A stretch of 44,391 nt of DNA, from the NCBI GenBank assembly GCA_937864065.1, contig CALMIC010000245.1, positions 1-44,391 on the forward strand, given 5' to 3'. The notes under the pieces were generated by a model. The model made no database searches. It was not told the DNA's origin and was given only the letters and a program-made list of their open reading frames with translations. Numbering within the stretch: the stretch's first letter is position 1; every line of letters starts with the position of its first letter. The stretch comes from an uncultured Cellvibrionales bacterium (GTDB taxonomy: Bacteria; Pseudomonadota; Gammaproteobacteria; Pseudomonadales; UBA7239). Shown here in pieces: positions 36,362 to 44,391 of this stretch. A program made the position numbers and the translations under genes.

Positions 36362-37449
36362 GTGGCCCGTTTCTGAGCAAGGGATTCTTCCCGCACGAAC
36401 TGTTGCGACCGGCGGCGGAGTACATCAGGCAGACACAGCTGGAAGACGGCTGCATTCCGTGGTTTCCCGGCAGCTATGCCGACCCGTGGGACCACACCGA
36501 AGCCGCGATGGGCCTGTCGATTGCCGGCGAATACGCCGCCGCGGAAAAAGCTTACCAGTGGCTGAAGAGCGAACAGCTGAAAGACGGCAGCTGGTGGATC
36601 CACTACCAGGATCGCGCGGTGAAGAATGACGAGCGGCGCGAAACGAATTTTGTCGCCTACGTCGCCACCGGCGTCTGGCACCACTACCTGATCACCGAGA
36701 ACTATTCGTTCCTGTGCGAGATGGCCGACATGGTCGAGCATGCCATCCGTTTCGTGCTGGGCTTGCAGACCGAACACGGCGACATCCACTGGGCCGTCGA
36801 CCGTCAGGGCAAGCCGATGCGCGATGCGCTGGTGACCGGCAACGCCTCGATCTACAAGAGCCTGGAATGCGCAATCAACATCTTCACCGTGCTCGGCGAG
36901 CCGAAACCGCACTGGGAAAAGGCGCGCGAGAAACTCGGCCATGCGCTGCGGCACAAGCCGGAGCGTTTCGACCGCACCTGGGAATCGAAGGCGCGCTATT
37001 CGATGGACTGGTTCTACCCGATCCTGACCGGCGCGATCGACAGCAAGAAAGTGGCCTTGCAGCGCCTCAATGCGCGCTGGGATGAATTCGTCGTGCCCGG
37101 CATGGGTTGCCGCTGCGTGTCAGACCAGCCGTGGGTGACGGTCGCGGAATCCTGTGAACTGACGATGGCCCTGCTCGCTGCCGGCGACCACGCGCGCGCC
37201 GTCGAACTGTACAGCTGGTTGCACCAGTGGCGCGATGACGAAGGCGTGTACTGGACCGGCTACCAGTTTGCCGAAGACCTGCTGTGGCCGGACGAGAAAC
37301 CGACCTGGACCTCCGGCGCGATCCTGCTCGCCGCCGACGCACTGACCAACCACACCGCAGCGAGCAAGCTGTTCACGGAAGTGAACCTGCTCGACAGCGC
37401 GGAGCAACTGGAGCAGCAGCTCGCGGCCAGGCGCAAGAAGAAAGAGTAG
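36358..37449 (+). CDS. Alpha/alpha-toroid protein with QW motifs (prenyltransferase / terpenoid-cyclase-like repeat family)
   Basis: 363 aa. KAYQWLKSEQLKDGSW fits the QW motif [KR][AG]xx[FYW][LIV]xxxQxxxGxW exactly, and a weaker copy is AAEYIRQTQLEDGCIPW. The start overlaps the methyltransferase stop (ATGA). No signal peptide. Confidence 0.65.
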   Translation: MSGPFLSKGFFPHELLRPAAEYIRQTQLEDGCIPWFPGSYADPWDHTEAAMGLSIAGEYAAAEKAYQWLKSEQLKDGSWWIHYQDRAVKNDERRETNFVAYVATGVWHHYLITENYSFLCEMADMVEHAIRFVLGLQTEHGDIHWAVDRQGKPMRDALVTGNASIYKSLECAINIFTVLGEPKPHWEKAREKLGHALRHKPERFDRTWESKARYSMDWFYPILTGAIDSKKVALQRLNARWDEFVVPGMGCRCVSDQPWVTVAESCELTMALLAAGDHARAVELYSWLHQWRDDEGVYWTGYQFAEDLLWPDEKPTWTSGAILLAADALTNHTAASKLFTEVNLLDSAEQLEQQLAARRKKKE

Positions 37450-37462
37450 CCGCCAGAAGAAA

Positions 37463-37485
37463 CAGGGCGATCCGGGATCGCCCTG
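37463..37485. terminator. GC-rich hairpin between convergent genes (terminator or REP-like)
   Basis: CAGGGCGAT-ccggg-ATCGCCCTG with no T-tract. The core resembles the REP-like family. Confidence 0.4.
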
Positions 37486-37492
37486 CGGCCTG

Positions 37493-40400
37493 CTACAAAC
37501 CAGCCCCACTCAGTATGCGCACCAGACCGGCATCCTTCACTGGCCTGGCAGCAGGCACATCAAAGCCGGGAATGCCGATGATGAGATCGGCCTTGCCATC
37601 GCTGTTGATGTCGCCTGCACTCACCGCACCGCCGAAATAGTCTTTGGCCTGATCGCCATAGTGGATGCCAACAAACCCGAAACCGTTGCCGCTGTAGATA
37701 GATACGCTACCAGTGTCCTTGGTCACTTTCGGCACAGTAGGCGCGTCATTCTTCCATGCGCCAGCAATCACATCCGCGAAACCATCGCCGTTGACATCCC
37801 CAGCCGCCACACTGTTACCCATGCCGGCCTTGCTGGTCAGGCCGGAAATTGTGGTGAGGGTGTCACCGGTATTGCCTGCATACACAACGACTGCGCCATT
37901 GTCTTTGAACCCGCCAGTATCTGAGCCCGGCGCGCCAGCTATGACTTCGGCATCGCCATCATTATTGGTGTCGCCACTCGCAATTGACTTGCCAAGCAAA
38001 GCCTTCGCTGCCGTGCCATAACGCTGGAGCAACACATCGCCTGAGAGGCTGTAAACGATAATGCTGCCGGCGTCCTTCAACCCAGTCGACGTGTCGTCAT
38101 CGTTGGGCGCGCCAACCATCAGGTCATCATCGCCATCAGCATCGTAATCACCCATTGCTACTGCCGTGCCAGCGTACGCTTTTGCAGTGCCCCCATACAC
38201 GGCCAGCAGCGAGGCATAGCCATTGCCAGAAAACACATTTACGCCGCCGGCATCGACAATGCCATTAGCCGTGTCATCTTCTTTAGCTGAGCCAAGCGCA
38301 ATATCGGCACGGCCATCGCCATTCAAGTCACCCAGTGCAACTGAGGAACCCAGCAGGGCTTTCGGTGAGGTGCCGGCGAAGAAATGCTTGCTGGCGCCAT
38401 CTGGCCCGAACAGGATGGTGGCACTACCCTGGTCCAGATCGCCCGCCTTGGGCGCACCAACCACAACGTCGCCATAGCCATCATTGTTGATGTCGCCGTG
38501 GCCAGCTACTGCGGCACCCAGCGCGTCTTTCGCGGAATTGCCGGTGATGCTTGCCAGCTCATCGCCATTCTTGCCAGAAATAACCACAGCGCGGCCGGCA
38601 TCTTTCACCACCTTGGTATCGGCTGTGGCTGGAATGTCGTAACCGGGAATGCCGATCACATAGTCACCGTAGCCGTCGCCGTTGAAGTCACCGGCAAAAG
38701 CGACGGCGCTTCCAGCCATATCCTTGCCAAGGTCGCCGGCTACGTCATCCGGCAGGGGCACGGCATCATCACAGCGGTCTCCGTTGCCATCGCCATCCCA
38801 GTCGAGCTGGCTCGCGTTGGCAACCAGCGGGCAGTTGTCGCTGCCATCAGCAACCCCATCGCCATCAGTATCATTAAACGCGTCGCAGACATCGCCCAGG
38901 CCATCACTATCCGCATCTGCCTGGTTGTTATTGGCTATTAGCGGGCAATTGTCACTGGCGTCCAGAACCGCGTCATTGTCATCGTCCGTGTCACAAGCAT
39001 CCCCGGCACTGTCACCATCGTTATTGGCTTGCGTGGCATTGCTGACCAGCGGGCAGTTGTCGCTGCCATCAGCAACCCCATCGCCATCAGTATCATTAAA
39101 CGCGTCGCAGACATCGCCCAGGCCATCACTATCCGCATCTGCCTGGTTGTTATTGGCTATTAGCGGGCAATTGTCACTGGCGTCCAGAACCGCGTCATTG
39201 TCATCGTCCGTGTCACAAGCATCCCCGGCACTGTCACCATCGTTATTGGCTTGCGTGGCATTGCTGACCAGCGGGCAGTTGTCGCCACCATCAGAAACGC
39301 CATCACCGTCGGTATCAAGGTTGCTGAAACTGTCACACACATCACCCTGGCCATCAGCATCCGAATCAGCCTGGTCTGTATTGGAATTGAACGGACAGTT
39401 ATCGCTAGCGTCCGCCACCATGTCATTGTCGTCGTCAGTGTCACAGGCATCGCCTTGTCCATCGGCATCCCAGTCAGCCTGGTCGACATTGGCATTCAAT
39501 GTACAGTTGTCACTGCCATCCACCAAACCATCATTATCATCATCCGTGTCGCAAGCATCGCCTTGCCCATCGCCATCCGTGTCAGTCTGCAGGGCATTGG
39601 CCACCAGCGGGCAGTTATCGCTACCATCTGCCAGGGCATCATTGTCATCGTCGGTATCGGCATTGTTGCCTGTACCATCAACATCGTTATCGGCGGATTC
39701 TGTTGCATCCAGCGGGAACGCATCTGCTGCATCCAGCACCGTGTCATTGTCATCATCGGTATCAGCATTGTTACCGGTACCGTCACTGTCTGTGTCCAGC
39801 CACTCTGCCGGATCTGCCGGGAACGCATCCTCGGCGTCAGGCACACCGTCTCCATCGGCATCGGCAAAACTCACCCACTTTGCCACATAAGCAGACACCT
39901 GCCCGCCGGCAGCGTTAAATGACCCACCCACGTACAACCTGCCGCTCGCATCCACATCCAGTGCATTGACAGCATTATTTACCCCACTACCCAAAGCACT
40001 CCAGGCACTGCCGTCCCACTGCGCAACACGGCTGGCACTGAGCCCGTCTGCCGTATTGAAAAGGCCTCCCGCATACAACTTGCCATCGGCATCGACGGCC
40101 AGTGCATTGACTGAGCTATTCAGGCCGGTAGCCAGTGCGCTCCATGCACTGCCATTCCAGCGCGCAATCCGGTTCGCCGTAACACCGCCCGCTGACGAGA
40201 AAGTGCCGCCTGCATAGACAAGACCGCTGCCATCCACAGCCAGGGCGAACACCGCGTTATTCATTCCTGTTCCGAGTGTATTCCAGGCACTGCCATCCCA
40301 GCGGGCAATGTAATTCGCGCCCGCACCACCGGCAGACATAAATAGCCCACCCGCAAAAATATTGCCGCTACCATCGACGGCAAGGGCCATTACCGGACTA

Positions 40401-42565
40401 TCCGTTCCGCTACCCAAGGCATACCATGCGCTGCCATCCCAGCGGGCAATGTAATTCGCACTGACACCGCCTGCCGCGGTAAACGACCCTCCCGCATAAA
40501 GATAATCGTTGTCATCCACCATCAGGGCAGAAACGGTGTCATTCAGGCCAGTACCCAATGCAGTCCACGTGCCGCCATCCCACATAGCAACGTAATTCAC
40601 CGTCACTCCACCCGCCGTTGCAAACTGGCCACCGGCATACAGCTTGCCGCTGCTGTCTACCGCCAGCGCCGACACGCGACCACTCATGCCATTGCCCAGC
40701 GGAATCCATGAACTGCCATCCCATTGCGCGATGTAATTTGCTGTCACCCCACCTGCCAAGGTGAACAAACCACCTGCATATACCTGGCCACCGCCATCTA
40801 CCGCCAGCGCGTACACTGCGCCGTTCATGCCACTGCCGAGTACACTCCAGGCACCGCCATCCCACTTGGCAACATAATTCGTCGCCAACCCCCCAGCCGT
40901 CGCAAATTGCCCGCCCGCAAAAACATTGCCACTGGCATCAGCCGCCAAAGCTGACACTGCACCACTCATTCCGCTGCCCATGCCACTCCAGGTGCTGCCA
41001 TCCCAGCGGGCAATATAATTCGCGCCAAGGCCGTCTGCCGTGGTAAATGATCCTCCCGCCACCAAGCCACCGAATTCATCCTTGGCCAGAGCAGAAACTG
41101 TATTGTTCATCCCGCTGCCCAGTGCTCCCCATGTCGTACCACCAACACTACCGCCGAACAGTACTGCCACACGGTTTGCACTCACCCCGCCCGCCATGGT
41201 GAAAGAACCCCCCGCATACAAGTCAATGCCATCTTTCGCAAAGGCATACACGACACCGTTCATGCCAGTGCCAACGGCGTTCCACGCAGAACCGTCCCAA
41301 CGGGAAACATAATTCGCCCCAACACCACCGGCTGTGGTGAACTGCCCTCCAGCAAACAAGTCACCACTAGCAACTACCGTCAGGGCATAGACAACATTGT
41401 TCATTCCTGTACCAAGACCACTCCATCCACTGCCATCCCAACGCGCGATGTAATTCGCACTCACACCACCCGCTGTAGTGAAAAATCCCCCGGCATAGAG
41501 ATTGCCGCTGCCATCGAGGGCCAGTGCATTCACTGGACTGTTCATTCCTGTGTGCAGCGCATTCCATGCACTGCCATCCCAGCGCGCTATGCGACTGGCT
41601 GCCACACCACCTGCCGTGGTGAATTGCCCACCCGCGTAGAGATTACCGCTACCATCCACAACCAGCGCTGAGACGATGCCATTCATACCGGTACCCAGTG
41701 CACTCCATGCGCTGCCATCCCATTTCGCAATCGAATATACCGTTACACCGCCCGCCTTGGTGAAACTGCCACCAATATAGAGCGCACCGTCAGCATAAGT
41801 TGCCGCACTCACAGTGCCATCTACCCCCGGTGACTGCCCCATGCTGTACCAGTTCTCATCCCCTACTGTCGGGTCTATCGTCAACGGGTATTGTGCTGCA
41901 CGATCATCTACAGCAATGGTGATGGTATTGTTGGCCACCTGCATGGAGGCGGGTACAAGCGCGTTATTGCTATCCGTTACTTTCAGGTTGTTGTAAGTCA
42001 ACCGCCGACCGCTGTGGAGCGCAATCACGGCAGCGTCATCTTTCTGTTGTGCTATTGCACCGATCACGGCTAGCTGCACTTGCAGCCTGCCCGAACCGGC
42101 CGGTTTGACCGGAATAATGAAATCCTGGCGGATACCATCATTGGTGTTGCTGAATTTTTCCGCGATACCACTGGCGCGGGTGTGGAACACCACATCACCA
42201 TCGCGATAGAGCCTTGCCGAGGGCGCCGGCTGCAAGGCTCCCTCGCGCCCCCACTGTGCGAGCTGCAAACCGAAGCCACCCTTGCCGGCACTATGGCCGA
42301 TGGAATCAAACTGCACACCCTGTGCACTGACCAGCGCCGATACCGTCTGCATACTGTTTTTCAGCAAAAAGCTGCCACCAGCCTGCTGCTCGGTGAGAAA
42401 CTGGCCTGGTTTTGCCTGCTGATCCAGCAATTCATTGAATCCGGCGGAGCCGATCGCGCCACCGGCAACTGTCTGCACCTCGACTGTTGATGGCATGGCT
42501 GAGGACATGGCAGACACCACCAGCAACCAGCAGGTGACCAGGGCCCGGTTCAGACAGCTGCGCAT
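37493..42565 (-). CDS. Giant secreted Ca-binding surface/adhesin-like protein: N-terminal domain + about 14 beta-propeller blades + 8 TSP type-3 repeats + 7 FG-GAP (integrin-alpha-like) repeats
   Basis: 1690 aa with a Sec signal peptide (LVTCWLLVVSAMSSA) and AAGGAG RBS. About 14 repeats of about 52 aa (VxALAVDxSGNLYAGGxFTxAGGVxANYIARWDGSAWxxLGxGMN). 8 DNCPxxxNxxQxDxDxDGxGDxCD units. 7 GDxNxDGxxD FG-GAP units at the C-terminus. Confidence 0.9.
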   Translation of the reverse strand: MRSCLNRALVTCWLLVVSAMSSAMPSTVEVQTVAGGAIGSAGFNELLDQQAKPGQFLTEQQAGGSFLLKNSMQTVSALVSAQGVQFDSIGHSAGKGGFGLQLAQWGREGALQPAPSARLYRDGDVVFHTRASGIAEKFSNTNDGIRQDFIIPVKPAGSGRLQVQLAVIGAIAQQKDDAAVIALHSGRRLTYNNLKVTDSNNALVPASMQVANNTITIAVDDRAAQYPLTIDPTVGDENWYSMGQSPGVDGTVSAATYADGALYIGGSFTKAGGVTVYSIAKWDGSAWSALGTGMNGIVSALVVDGSGNLYAGGQFTTAGGVAASRIARWDGSAWNALHTGMNSPVNALALDGSGNLYAGGFFTTAGGVSANYIARWDGSGWSGLGTGMNNVVYALTVVASGDLFAGGQFTTAGGVGANYVSRWDGSAWNAVGTGMNGVVYAFAKDGIDLYAGGSFTMAGGVSANRVAVLFGGSVGGTTWGALGSGMNNTVSALAKDEFGGLVAGGSFTTADGLGANYIARWDGSTWSGMGSGMSGAVSALAADASGNVFAGGQFATAGGLATNYVAKWDGGAWSVLGSGMNGAVYALAVDGGGQVYAGGLFTLAGGVTANYIAQWDGSSWIPLGNGMSGRVSALAVDSSGKLYAGGQFATAGGVTVNYVAMWDGGTWTALGTGLNDTVSALMVDDNDYLYAGGSFTAAGGVSANYIARWDGSAWYALGSGTDSPVMALAVDGSGNIFAGGLFMSAGGAGANYIARWDGSAWNTLGTGMNNAVFALAVDGSGLVYAGGTFSSAGGVTANRIARWNGSAWSALATGLNSSVNALAVDADGKLYAGGLFNTADGLSASRVAQWDGSAWSALGSGVNNAVNALDVDASGRLYVGGSFNAAGGQVSAYVAKWVSFADADGDGVPDAEDAFPADPAEWLDTDSDGTGNNADTDDDNDTVLDAADAFPLDATESADNDVDGTGNNADTDDDNDALADGSDNCPLVANALQTDTDGDGQGDACDTDDDNDGLVDGSDNCTLNANVDQADWDADGQGDACDTDDDNDMVADASDNCPFNSNTDQADSDADGQGDVCDSFSNLDTDGDGVSDGGDNCPLVSNATQANNDGDSAGDACDTDDDNDAVLDASDNCPLIANNNQADADSDGLGDVCDAFNDTDGDGVADGSDNCPLVSNATQANNDGDSAGDACDTDDDNDAVLDASDNCPLIANNNQADADSDGLGDVCDAFNDTDGDGVADGSDNCPLVANASQLDWDGDGNGDRCDDAVPLPDDVAGDLGKDMAGSAVAFAGDFNGDGYGDYVIGIPGYDIPATADTKVVKDAGRAVVISGKNGDELASITGNSAKDALGAAVAGHGDINNDGYGDVVVGAPKAGDLDQGSATILFGPDGASKHFFAGTSPKALLGSSVALGDLNGDGRADIALGSAKEDDTANGIVDAGGVNVFSGNGYASLLAVYGGTAKAYAGTAVAMGDYDADGDDDLMVGAPNDDDTSTGLKDAGSIIVYSLSGDVLLQRYGTAAKALLGKSIASGDTNNDGDAEVIAGAPGSDTGGFKDNGAVVVYAGNTGDTLTTISGLTSKAGMGNSVAAGDVNGDGFADVIAGAWKNDAPTVPKVTKDTGSVSIYSGNGFGFVGIHYGDQAKDYFGGAVSAGDINSDGKADLIIGIPGFDVPAARPVKDAGLVRILSGAGL
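38824..39267. repeat. Perfect 2 x 222-bp tandem duplication inside the TSP3 region of the giant gene
   Basis: 38824-39045 and 39046-39267 read identically base for base. They encode the same 74-aa two-TSP3 unit twice. Confidence 0.9.
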
Positions 42566-42688
42566 ACAAATCTCCTTTGTTTATCGTTATTCAGGCTATT
42601 GTAGCTGTCTTTTCACACCCATTGTGTGAAGCTCGTCACGTTTTTTGTTGCCATTCATCCGGGTCGGGCTACTGCTCCGGACGACCTT

Positions 42689-43078
42689 TCATCCCCCACC
42701 AGCCTTTTCCTTGTCTGGTTTTTTCTGTGTTTTTGCCGGCTTTTTCTTCTTTTTCTTTATTTTCTTCTTCGCCGGCTTGTCACTGACGCGCGCATTGCGT
42801 TCCGCCGTGTAACTGTCCTCGATCAGCACCACCTGCGGACCCGTGCTGCCAGGCTTGGCCTTGGCTTTGCCTTGTGCCAGGCGCGCACGCACGGCGCTGC
42901 TGTCGAGCGGCGTATTCTCGACCAACTCCAGCGGCTCAGCCATGACACCTTCCGGGCACGGCTGGTTGGTGAATTGCGGTGGGGCATCGGCTTGCACACA
43001 GCGGCTGATGCCGCTCGCCTGTGCCGCCGCGGTGGACACAAGGAAAAAAACCGGAAGAAAAAAGTGACGCAAAGACAT
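42689..43078 (-). CDS. Small secreted protein with a Lys-rich tail (DUF4124-like N-terminus)
   Basis: About 129 aa from the ATG at 43078 (AAGGAGG 5 nt upstream). Signal peptide FFLPVFFLVSTAAAQA, a CVQADAPPQFTNQPCPEG segment, and C-terminal KPAKKKIKKKKKKPAKTQKKPDKEK. It is located 123 nt upstream of the giant gene on the same strand. Confidence 0.6.
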   Translation of the reverse strand: MSLRHFFLPVFFLVSTAAAQASGISRCVQADAPPQFTNQPCPEGVMAEPLELVENTPLDSSAVRARLAQGKAKAKPGSTGPQVVLIEDSYTAERNARVSDKPAKKKIKKKKKKPAKTQKKPDKEKAGGG

Positions 43079-43164
43079 ACACACCTCCTTGTTGTGACAT
43101 GCTGACTGTTCCCTGTCATGGCGCCATCAGGCGCGCGGCCATTATAGCGACAAGCCGCGGGCAA

Positions 43165-43192
43165 TAAAAAAGGCGCCACAAGGGCGCCTTTC
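43165..43192 (-). terminator. Rho-independent terminator after the ydcH-like gene
   Basis: The minus strand reads AAGGCGCC-cttgt-GGCGCCTT followed by a T-run. Confidence 0.7.
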
Positions 43193-43209
43193 CTGCCGTC
43201 ACTGTGCCA

Positions 43210-43449
43210 TCAGGCCGCTTGCAGGGCCTTGTACACTTCGTCTTTCAGGCGCAGGCGCTCGGCTTTCAGCTTGTGCATATGGTCATCGTCATACCCTTCG
43301 GCACCTTCCTCGGCGCGACAGATGTGCTTGTCCACTTCCTCGTACTGCTCGGCGAGCTTGGCAAAATGGGCATTGTTCATTTTCAGGTCATGGATGCGCT
43401 CGCGCAGTTCCGGGAATTCCTTGATCAACGGATGGTGTTCAACGTGCAT
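43210..43449 (-). CDS. DUF465 (YdcH-family) protein
   Basis: 79 aa. HPLIKEFPELRERIHDLKMNNAHFAKLAEQYEEVDKHI is the YdcH/DUF465 pattern. A GAGGA RBS is present. Confidence 0.85.
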   Translation of the reverse strand: MHVEHHPLIKEFPELRERIHDLKMNNAHFAKLAEQYEEVDKHICRAEEGAEGYDDDHMHKLKAERLRLKDEVYKALQAA

Positions 43450-43466
43450 GGTTCTGTCCTCACTAC

Positions 43467-43502
43467 AAAAAAGTGCATGGCACCATTCTAGGGTGGTGCC
43501 AT
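43467..43502 (-). terminator. Rho-independent terminator after hemW
   Basis: The minus strand reads ATGGCACCA-8 nt loop-TGGTGCCAT, then GCAC and TTTTTT. Confidence 0.65.
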
Positions 43503-43521
43503 TCGATGGGCTTGCGGCAGA

Positions 43522-44391
43522 TCAATCCGGCATGAACGCTGTCAGGACGTCGTTCAGGAACAGGAATCCCTGCGGGGTGGTCACGAGCCGGGCGGCATCA
43601 TCCGCCACCAGACCCCGGCGGCGCAAATCCTGCCACACTGGCCGGATGCAGTCGAGCGAAAGCCCGGTCCTGTCGGCAAACAGGCCCTCCGGCACCCCCT
43701 CGACCAGCCGCAGCGCATTCAGCATGAACTCGAACGGCAACTCAGCGGGAGGCAATACATGCCTGTCGGCCAACCAGTTGCCGGCCCTGGCCAGGTAATC
43801 GCGCGGCAGGCGGGTCTTGCTGTAGCGCAGGATCCGGCCTTCCCCCGGCAGGGTGACCTTGCCGTGCGCACCGGCCCCGATGCCGAGGTAATCGCCGAAC
43901 TGCCAGTAGTTCAGGTTGTGGCGACAGGCCTCGCCCGGGCGGGCATAGGCCGACACCTCGTACTGGGCCAACCCGGCCGAGCGCAGCAGTGCCTGGCCCT
44001 GCTGCTGGATCGCCCAGAGGGTCTCGTCCGGCGGCAGCGGCGGTGGCTGGCGGTAGAAGGCGGTATTGGGTTCGATGGTCAGCTGGTACCAGGACAGGTG
44101 CGACACGCCGAGATCGAGGGCCTGCTGCAGGTCAGCCAGGGCCGCCTCGACCGTCTGCCCCGGCAGCCCGTGCATCAGGTCGATGTTGATCCGGTCGAAA
44201 CCGGCGGCCTGCGCCAACCGCACCGCAGCGGCCGCCTGGGCGCTGTCGTGGATGCGGCCGAGCCCCTGCAGTTGTTGCGGGTCAAAACTCTGCACACCAA
44301 GCGACAACCGGTTGACGCCGGCCGCTCGGAAGCCGGCGAATTTTTCCGCCTCGGCCGTGCCGGGATTCGCCTCCAGCGTCACCTCGATGTC
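43522..44391 (-). CDS. hemW: Radical-SAM haem chaperone HemW (YggW), C-terminal about 290 aa; the N-terminus lies beyond the window end
   Basis: The frame is open to the window edge (DIEVTLEANPGTAEAEKF...GVNRLSLGVQSF...NIDLMHGLPGQT) and the protein has the HemN_C-like tail. The ORF-track Met at 44382 is internal. Confidence 0.85.
   Translation of the reverse strand, partial: DIEVTLEANPGTAEAEKFAGFRAAGVNRLSLGVQSFDPQQLQGLGRIHDSAQAAAAVRLAQAAGFDRINIDLMHGLPGQTVEAALADLQQALDLGVSHLSWYQLTIEPNTAFYRQPPPLPPDETLWAIQQQGQALLRSAGLAQYEVSAYARPGEACRHNLNYWQFGDYLGIGAGAHGKVTLPGEGRILRYSKTRLPRDYLARAGNWLADRHVLPPAELPFEFMLNALRLVEGVPEGLFADRTGLSLDCIRPVWQDLRRRGLVADDAARLVTTPQGFLFLNDVLTAFMPD

Noticed and set aside
38682-39890. 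402-aa Ser/Pro/Leu-rich repetitive ORF on the plus strand, and a similar one at 17955-18488 on the minus strand, which could be taken for novel repeat proteins
   Set aside because: Both are exact antisense images of the Asp-rich TSP3 repeat regions. The repetitive GAY/AAY codon usage removes stops on the opposite strand. There is no independent start or RBS, and the same SGQLSL periodicity simply mirrors the DNCP units.
42611-42629. TTCACAC-ccatt-GTGTGAA inverted repeat upstream of the giant gene, superficially CRP/FNR-like
   Set aside because: The half-sites are in the wrong orientation (TCACA...TGTGA rather than TGTGA-N6-TCACA) and the spacing is wrong. It may be a weak hairpin after the upstream gene or an unknown operator, but there is not enough evidence to call it.

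Overview
This is a high-GC, densely coded chromosomal segment with gammaproteobacterial gene order. Most of it is housekeeping: zapB-like/zapA, diaA-dolP, sahR-like regulator plus metK, rhodanese-grxC-secB, gpmI, envC, nnr, deaD, nudL, rep, blc, an lplT-aas fusion, ybaL, and ydcH-like plus hemW (cut by the window end). I saw no rRNA, tRNA, CRISPR array, IS element, integrase, phage gene or recognisable defence system.

The non-core content, in my order of interest:
1. A 10-kb locus at 32.6-42.6 kb. It holds a membrane-anchored SGNH hydrolase divergent from a translationally coupled GT4 glycosyltransferase, SAM methyltransferase and QW-motif (prenyltransferase/terpene-cyclase-like) toroid operon. 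This converges on a 1690-aa secreted protein with about 14 beta-propeller blades, 8 thrombospondin type-3 repeats and 7 FG-GAP repeats.
2. A second, smaller TSP3 plus 7-blade propeller protein at 17.4-19.7 kb.
3. envC split by a frameshift at an A9 run that forms an in-frame A_AAA_AAG slippery heptamer.
4. A low-GC islet with two paralogous small lipoprotein genes.
5. A thioesterase, LolA-like and MMPL-exporter module attached to the secB operon.
6. An AT-rich perfect palindrome over the -35 of the sahR-metK promoter, a candidate operator.
7. A REP-like palindrome family (GTAGGGGCGACC...) at gene 3' ends.

My best candidate for an undescribed system is the SGNH/GT4/methyltransferase/QW-toroid locus with the adjacent giant protein. 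This rests on domain recognition and gene arrangement only. All homology calls come from motif and sequence recall, not from database searches.
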